Source of the DNA: Lachnospiraceae bacterium
GTDB taxonomy: Bacteria > Bacillota > Clostridia > Lachnospirales > Lachnospiraceae
DNA length: 64,000 bases
Direction of reading: 5' to 3'
Assembly: GCA_045627845.1 (NCBI GenBank)
Contig: JAZQOL010000002.1
Location: forward strand, 97,596 to 161,595
In this document: positions 59,976-64,000 of the stretch, one piece after another
How the letters are laid out: the number at the start of each line of letters is the position of its first letter
Position numbering within the stretch: position 1 is the stretch's first letter
The notes under the pieces: generated by a model
What the model was told of the DNA's origin: nothing
What the model saw: the letters and a program-made list of their open reading frames with translations, nothing else
Database searches by the model: none
Program-made: the position numbers and the translations under genes

Positions 59976-61994
59976 ATGAAAAATATGAAAATTGAGAATC
60001 TTAAAGGAATAGGGGAAAAAACAGCCGAGATTTTTCATAAGCTCGGAATATTTGATTGCGAAGATTTAATTAATTATTATCCAAGAGCTTATGACAAATA
60101 TGAATTACCGGTTTCTATATCTCAGGCCATTCTTAACAATCGAAATTCAATATTGGCGACAATAAAAAGTGCTCCTAAATTACAGAGATTTAATGGAAAA
60201 ACAATCATTTCATTTCTTGTTTATGATGATAATAATGATCTTTGTGAAGTGAAATTTTTTAATACTCCCTATATTGCCAAAACAATAAAAGTTGGAGAAA
60301 AGAAAATATTCAGAGGATATACAAAAATATATAAAGGACATCTTATAATCGATCATCCTAAAATATACAAACCGGACGATTATAAACAAATCGCCGGTAC
60401 TATAGTTCCGATTTATCATTTGACTAAGGATATATCCAGCGAAAGAATAGCGAAGTTTGTAAAGTTAGCTCTTGAAAATTATGATATTTTGAACGAATAT
60501 CTCACCGGTGAAGAATTAAATAATTTCAAGATGATTAATTACAATGAAGCAATTCAAAACATTCATTTTCCTTTCGATGATGAAATGCAATTTTTTGCAA
60601 GGAGGAGAATTGTTTTTGAAGAGTTTTTACATTTTATTTCTATTTCTAAAGGGAATAAATTAAAAGAAAGTAATTATCCCAACAATTTTAAAATGATAGA
60701 AGTATCAGATTTAATAAGATTGGAAGAACAATTACCATTTGCTCTTACAAGTGCCCAAAAAGCTGCAGTACAAGATATTGTAAATGATTTAACAGGACCC
60801 AATTTAATGAATAGATTGGTACAGGGAGATGTTGGATCCGGTAAAACAATTGTTGCCATAATGGCGCTTCTTTTGTGTGCATCAAATGGATATCAGGGGG
60901 CCATGATGGCCCCTACTGAAGTATTGGCCAGACAGCATTATGAAACAATCAAACAGCTATCGGAAAAATATAAGCTTTCATTTAATCCTGTATTATTAAC
61001 CGGGAAAATGACATTAAAAGCAAAAAAGGAAGTTCTTTCAAAAATTGAGACCGGTGAAGCAAATGTAATTTTGGGTACACATGCACTTATTGTTGACAAT
61101 GTATCGTTTAAAGATTTAGCTCTTGTTATAACAGATGAGCAGCATCGTTTTGGAGTAAAGCAGCGTGAAGCTTTTGCTTTGAAAGGAAAACAACCACATT
61201 TACTTGTTATGAGTGCAACTCCGATACCAAGAACACTTGCAATGATATTATTTGCCGATTTATCGGTTTCCGTTATAAATGAACTTCCCAAAAATAGAAT
61301 TCCGATAATGAACTGTGTTGTTGATTCAACATTTAGAAATAAAGCATATGAAAAAATAAAATCGGAAATCGATAAAGGTCATCAGGCATATGTAATCTGT
61401 CCTATGATTTCAGATAATGAGGAGTCTGAGCTTGATTTAAAAAGCGTCGAACAACATTCATTGGAACTTGCAGATTATTTTGGCCCTAAATATAGGATTT
61501 GTACCCTTGATGGTAAGATGAAAGCTGCAGAAAAATCCAGAGTAATGGATGAATTTAAAAACAGAAACATTGATATTCTGGTTTCGACTACAGTTATTGA
61601 AGTCGGAATTGATGTTCCTAACGCGACTGTTATTATGGTTGAAAATGCAGAAAGATTCGGCTTGTCTCAATTACATCAATTAAGAGGAAGGGTCGGAAGA
61701 GGCGAATATGAATCTTATTGTATTCTTCTTTCAGACTCAAAAAACGATAATACAATTCGCCGATTAAAAATATTAAACGAAACTAATGACGGATTTAAAA
61801 TTGCAGAAGAAGATCTTAAATTAAGAGGTCCCGGGGAATTAAACGGAGTTCGGCAAAGCGGTGAATTACAATTTGGACTTGGTGATTTCGTATACGATGG
61901 AGATTTAATGATTATTGCAGCAAAAGCGTTTGACGATATATCAAAGCGAACGTCGCACTTTGATGCGAATTTTATTGACTTTAGGTCTATATAA
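59976..61994 (+). CDS. recG: ATP-dependent DNA helicase RecG
   Basis: LKGIGEK, YPRAY, LQGDVGSGKT-like (VQGDVGSGKT), DEQHRFG, MSATPIPRTL, TTVIEVGIDV, QLHQLRGRVGR, LRGPGE. Confidence 0.96.
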   Translation: MKNMKIENLKGIGEKTAEIFHKLGIFDCEDLINYYPRAYDKYELPVSISQAILNNRNSILATIKSAPKLQRFNGKTIISFLVYDDNNDLCEVKFFNTPYIAKTIKVGEKKIFRGYTKIYKGHLIIDHPKIYKPDDYKQIAGTIVPIYHLTKDISSERIAKFVKLALENYDILNEYLTGEELNNFKMINYNEAIQNIHFPFDDEMQFFARRRIVFEEFLHFISISKGNKLKESNYPNNFKMIEVSDLIRLEEQLPFALTSAQKAAVQDIVNDLTGPNLMNRLVQGDVGSGKTIVAIMALLLCASNGYQGAMMAPTEVLARQHYETIKQLSEKYKLSFNPVLLTGKMTLKAKKEVLSKIETGEANVILGTHALIVDNVSFKDLALVITDEQHRFGVKQREAFALKGKQPHLLVMSATPIPRTLAMILFADLSVSVINELPKNRIPIMNCVVDSTFRNKAYEKIKSEIDKGHQAYVICPMISDNEESELDLKSVEQHSLELADYFGPKYRICTLDGKMKAAEKSRVMDEFKNRNIDILVSTTVIEVGIDVPNATVIMVENAERFGLSQLHQLRGRVGRGEYESYCILLSDSKNDNTIRRLKILNETNDGFKIAEEDLKLRGPGELNGVRQSGELQFGLGDFVYDGDLMIIAAKAFDDISKRTSHFDANFIDFRSI

Positions 61995-62042
61995 CAGTAA
62001 AATAACCTTGTTTTTATCACGATAGAGGGTGAGGTAAATACA

Positions 62043-62912
62043 TTGATAAATAAAGTTGCCGTTGTAACCGACAGCAATAGTGGAATTACACAAAGTCAGG
62101 CAAAAGAATTGGGAATATCTGTTATTCCTATGCCTTTCACTATTGATGGGCAGGAATATTTTGAAGATATTAATTTGAATCATGATCAGTTTTATGAAAT
62201 GCTTTTGTCAAATTGCTCTGTTTCGACAAGCCAGCCCAGTCCTGAAGTTTTAATGAATTTATTTGATGATTTACTCAAAGATTATAACGAAGTAGTCTTT
62301 ATTCCGATGAGTAGTGGACTAAGCGGTTCTTATCAAACAGCAAGAATGATAGCGGAAGACTATGAGGGCAAAGTTGAAGTTGTTAATAACCAAAGAATTT
62401 CAGCAACAATGAGGCAATCCGTTCTGGATGCAATGAAGTTAGCTAATGATGGTCTTTCTGCTCTGGAAATAAGAAAAATTCTTGAAGATGACAAATTTAA
62501 TTCAACTATTTATATTTGTGTAGATACTTTGGAATATCTTAAAAGAGGCGGACGAATTACCCCTGCTGCAGCAATGTTGGGTCAACTTCTTAAAATCAAA
62601 CCTGTATTACAAATTCAAGGCGAAAAGTTAGATGCCTTTGCTAAGGTTCGTACTATTTCACAGGCTAAAACAGTTATGCTGAACCAAATAGAAAAAGATA
62701 TTGTTGAAAGATTTAACCTTCCGCAATCAGGAAGAGGTACTATTGTACACGTTGTTCATTCTCACAACGAAGATAGTGTTTATGAGTTTTTGGAAGAAGC
62801 AAAACAACGTTTTCCCGAAGCGGGATTTCATGTTGATGCATTGTCGTTAAGCGTTGGCTGTCATATCGGACCCGGCTCACTGGCAATCTGTGTTACTAAA
62901 AATTTCTATTAA
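62043..62912 (+). CDS. DegV / FakB fatty-acid-binding protein
   Basis: VVTDS, STSQPSP, MSSGLSGSY, TLEYLKRGGRI, LKIKPVL, GCHIGPG. Confidence 0.93.
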   Translation: MINKVAVVTDSNSGITQSQAKELGISVIPMPFTIDGQEYFEDINLNHDQFYEMLLSNCSVSTSQPSPEVLMNLFDDLLKDYNEVVFIPMSSGLSGSYQTARMIAEDYEGKVEVVNNQRISATMRQSVLDAMKLANDGLSALEIRKILEDDKFNSTIYICVDTLEYLKRGGRITPAAAMLGQLLKIKPVLQIQGEKLDAFAKVRTISQAKTVMLNQIEKDIVERFNLPQSGRGTIVHVVHSHNEDSVYEFLEEAKQRFPEAGFHVDALSLSVGCHIGPGSLAICVTKNFY

Positions 62913-62969
62913 AATCACACACGATATTGTGCTAACCGTTGTTGTTTAGAGCATATATCGTGTGTTTTT
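62913..62969 (+). terminator. Long imperfect hairpin after degV, probable terminator
   Basis: ACACACGATAT...ATATCGTGTGT outer stem, inner GCTAA/TTAG pairing, T-run after. Confidence 0.65.
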
Positions 62970-63047
62970 ATGTTTTAAGAGTTTAGATATGATATAATAA
63001 TACCGATATATTTATTTAGTAATATTATATTGAAATGGAGATATCAA

Positions 63048-64000
63048 ATGTCAAAATCCACTTATGATGCAGAAAGCATAACCGTTTTGGAAGGGCTTGA
63101 AGCAGTAAGAAAACGTCCGGGAATGTATATTGGAAGTGTTTCAACAAGAGGTCTCAATCATCTTGTTTATGAAATATTAGATAATTCAGTCGATGAACAT
63201 CTTGCCGGTTACTGTTCTGAAATACATGTGATTCTGGAAGCTGACGGTTCTGCAACAGTGAGCGATAATGGGCGTGGTATTCCTGTTGGTATGCATAAAA
63301 AAGGAATAAGTGCAGAAAGATTAGTCTTTACAACACTTCATGCGGGTGGAAAATTTGATAATAATGCATATAAGACAAGTGGAGGTTTACATGGTGTTGG
63401 TTCTTCCGTTGTTAATGCGCTTTCAAAGCATTTATCTGTTCGAATTAAAACAGGTGGATGTATATATGAGGATAAATATGAGAGAGGAACCCCGGTTATT
63501 GAATTAGAGAATGGTTTATTGCCTTCACTTGGAAAAACAAAAGAGACTGGAACAACTATCAATTTTTTGCCTGATGATGAAATATTTGATCGTACCCGTT
63601 TTAAAGAAGATGATATTAAGAACAGACTTCATGAAACAGCATATTTAAATCCCGGTCTTACAATATACTATCAGGATTTACGAAAAGAAGAAGTTGAAAA
63701 TATCACTTATCATGAGCCGGATGGTATTGTCGGATATATAAAAGATATGAATAAATCCAGCGAACCAATTCATGATGTTATATATTTTAAGGGCAAGAGC
63801 GACAACATAGAGATAGATATTGCATTTCAGTTTGTGAATGAATTTCACGAAAATGTTATGGGCTTTTGTAATAATATTTATACGCTTGAAGGTGGTACTC
63901 ATATAACCGGATTTAAGACTGCTTTCACTAATATTATCAATACTTATGCAAGAGAACTAGGAATATTAAAAGAAAAAGATCAAAACTTTACAGGTACAGA
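63048..64000 (+). CDS. Type IIA topoisomerase B subunit (GyrB or ParE), runs off the window end
   Basis: Absent from the ORF track because it has no stop. ATG 63048 after GGAG: MSKSTYDAESITVLEGLEAVRKRPGMYIGS...EILDNSVDEHLAG...DNGRGIP...HAGGKF...SGGLHGVGSSVVNALS...EGGTH. Confidence 0.93.
   Translation, partial: MSKSTYDAESITVLEGLEAVRKRPGMYIGSVSTRGLNHLVYEILDNSVDEHLAGYCSEIHVILEADGSATVSDNGRGIPVGMHKKGISAERLVFTTLHAGGKFDNNAYKTSGGLHGVGSSVVNALSKHLSVRIKTGGCIYEDKYERGTPVIELENGLLPSLGKTKETGTTINFLPDDEIFDRTRFKEDDIKNRLHETAYLNPGLTIYYQDLRKEEVENITYHEPDGIVGYIKDMNKSSEPIHDVIYFKGKSDNIEIDIAFQFVNEFHENVMGFCNNIYTLEGGTHITGFKTAFTNIINTYARELGILKEKDQNFTGT

Noticed and set aside
57516-62912. rpmB-yloU-fakA-recG-degV cluster as a novel system
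   Set aside because: Well-known conserved Firmicute neighbourhood (fatty acid kinase FakA/FakB).

Overview
AT-rich Firmicute chromosomal segment, most consistent with Clostridia/Lachnospiraceae (inferred from gene content and order). It is almost entirely core metabolism and housekeeping, nearly all on the + strand. No integrase, transposase, prophage gene or CRISPR array was seen. Gene order: gltX (5'-truncated), UvrD-family helicase, GlgX-like GH13, trpS, potABCD, lactonase, M15 peptidase, tgt-yajC, leuB-ilvD-ilvB, L,D-transpeptidase, serC-serA, DUF1015, tRNA-Thr(CGT), argH-asd, a PAS-GGDEF-EAL/ATPase/topoisomerase III/LbH-acetyltransferase block, an IscU-like + GGGtGRT pair, ilvB-ilvN-ilvN-ilvC-cysK-like-leuCD, a NusG-II/Gx-transporter pair, ruvAB-zapA-U32-NUDIX, HD-GYP, DUF2953-ytfJ-J-domain, porCDAB, a degenerate CbiET-like gene, rpmB, yloU-fakA-recG-degV and a 3'-truncated type IIA topoisomerase B subunit. 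The most interesting signals lie inside ordinary-looking genes. (1) The two-gene IscU-like + GGGtGRT operon has unknown function and a strong high-expression codon bias. (2) PotA has two Ig-like repeats spliced into its TOBE domain and is paired with a PotD carrying an altered ligand motif. (3) The GlgX homologue has lost all three GH13 catalytic residues. (4) Several more proteins look degenerate or re-purposed (HD-GYP with YD, GGDEF as DGDIF, CbiT without its SAM loop, ATPase with an eroded nuclease motif, divergent CysK). (5) recG and one hypothetical gene look leaderless. All family assignments come from motif recognition by eye; no database searches were run.
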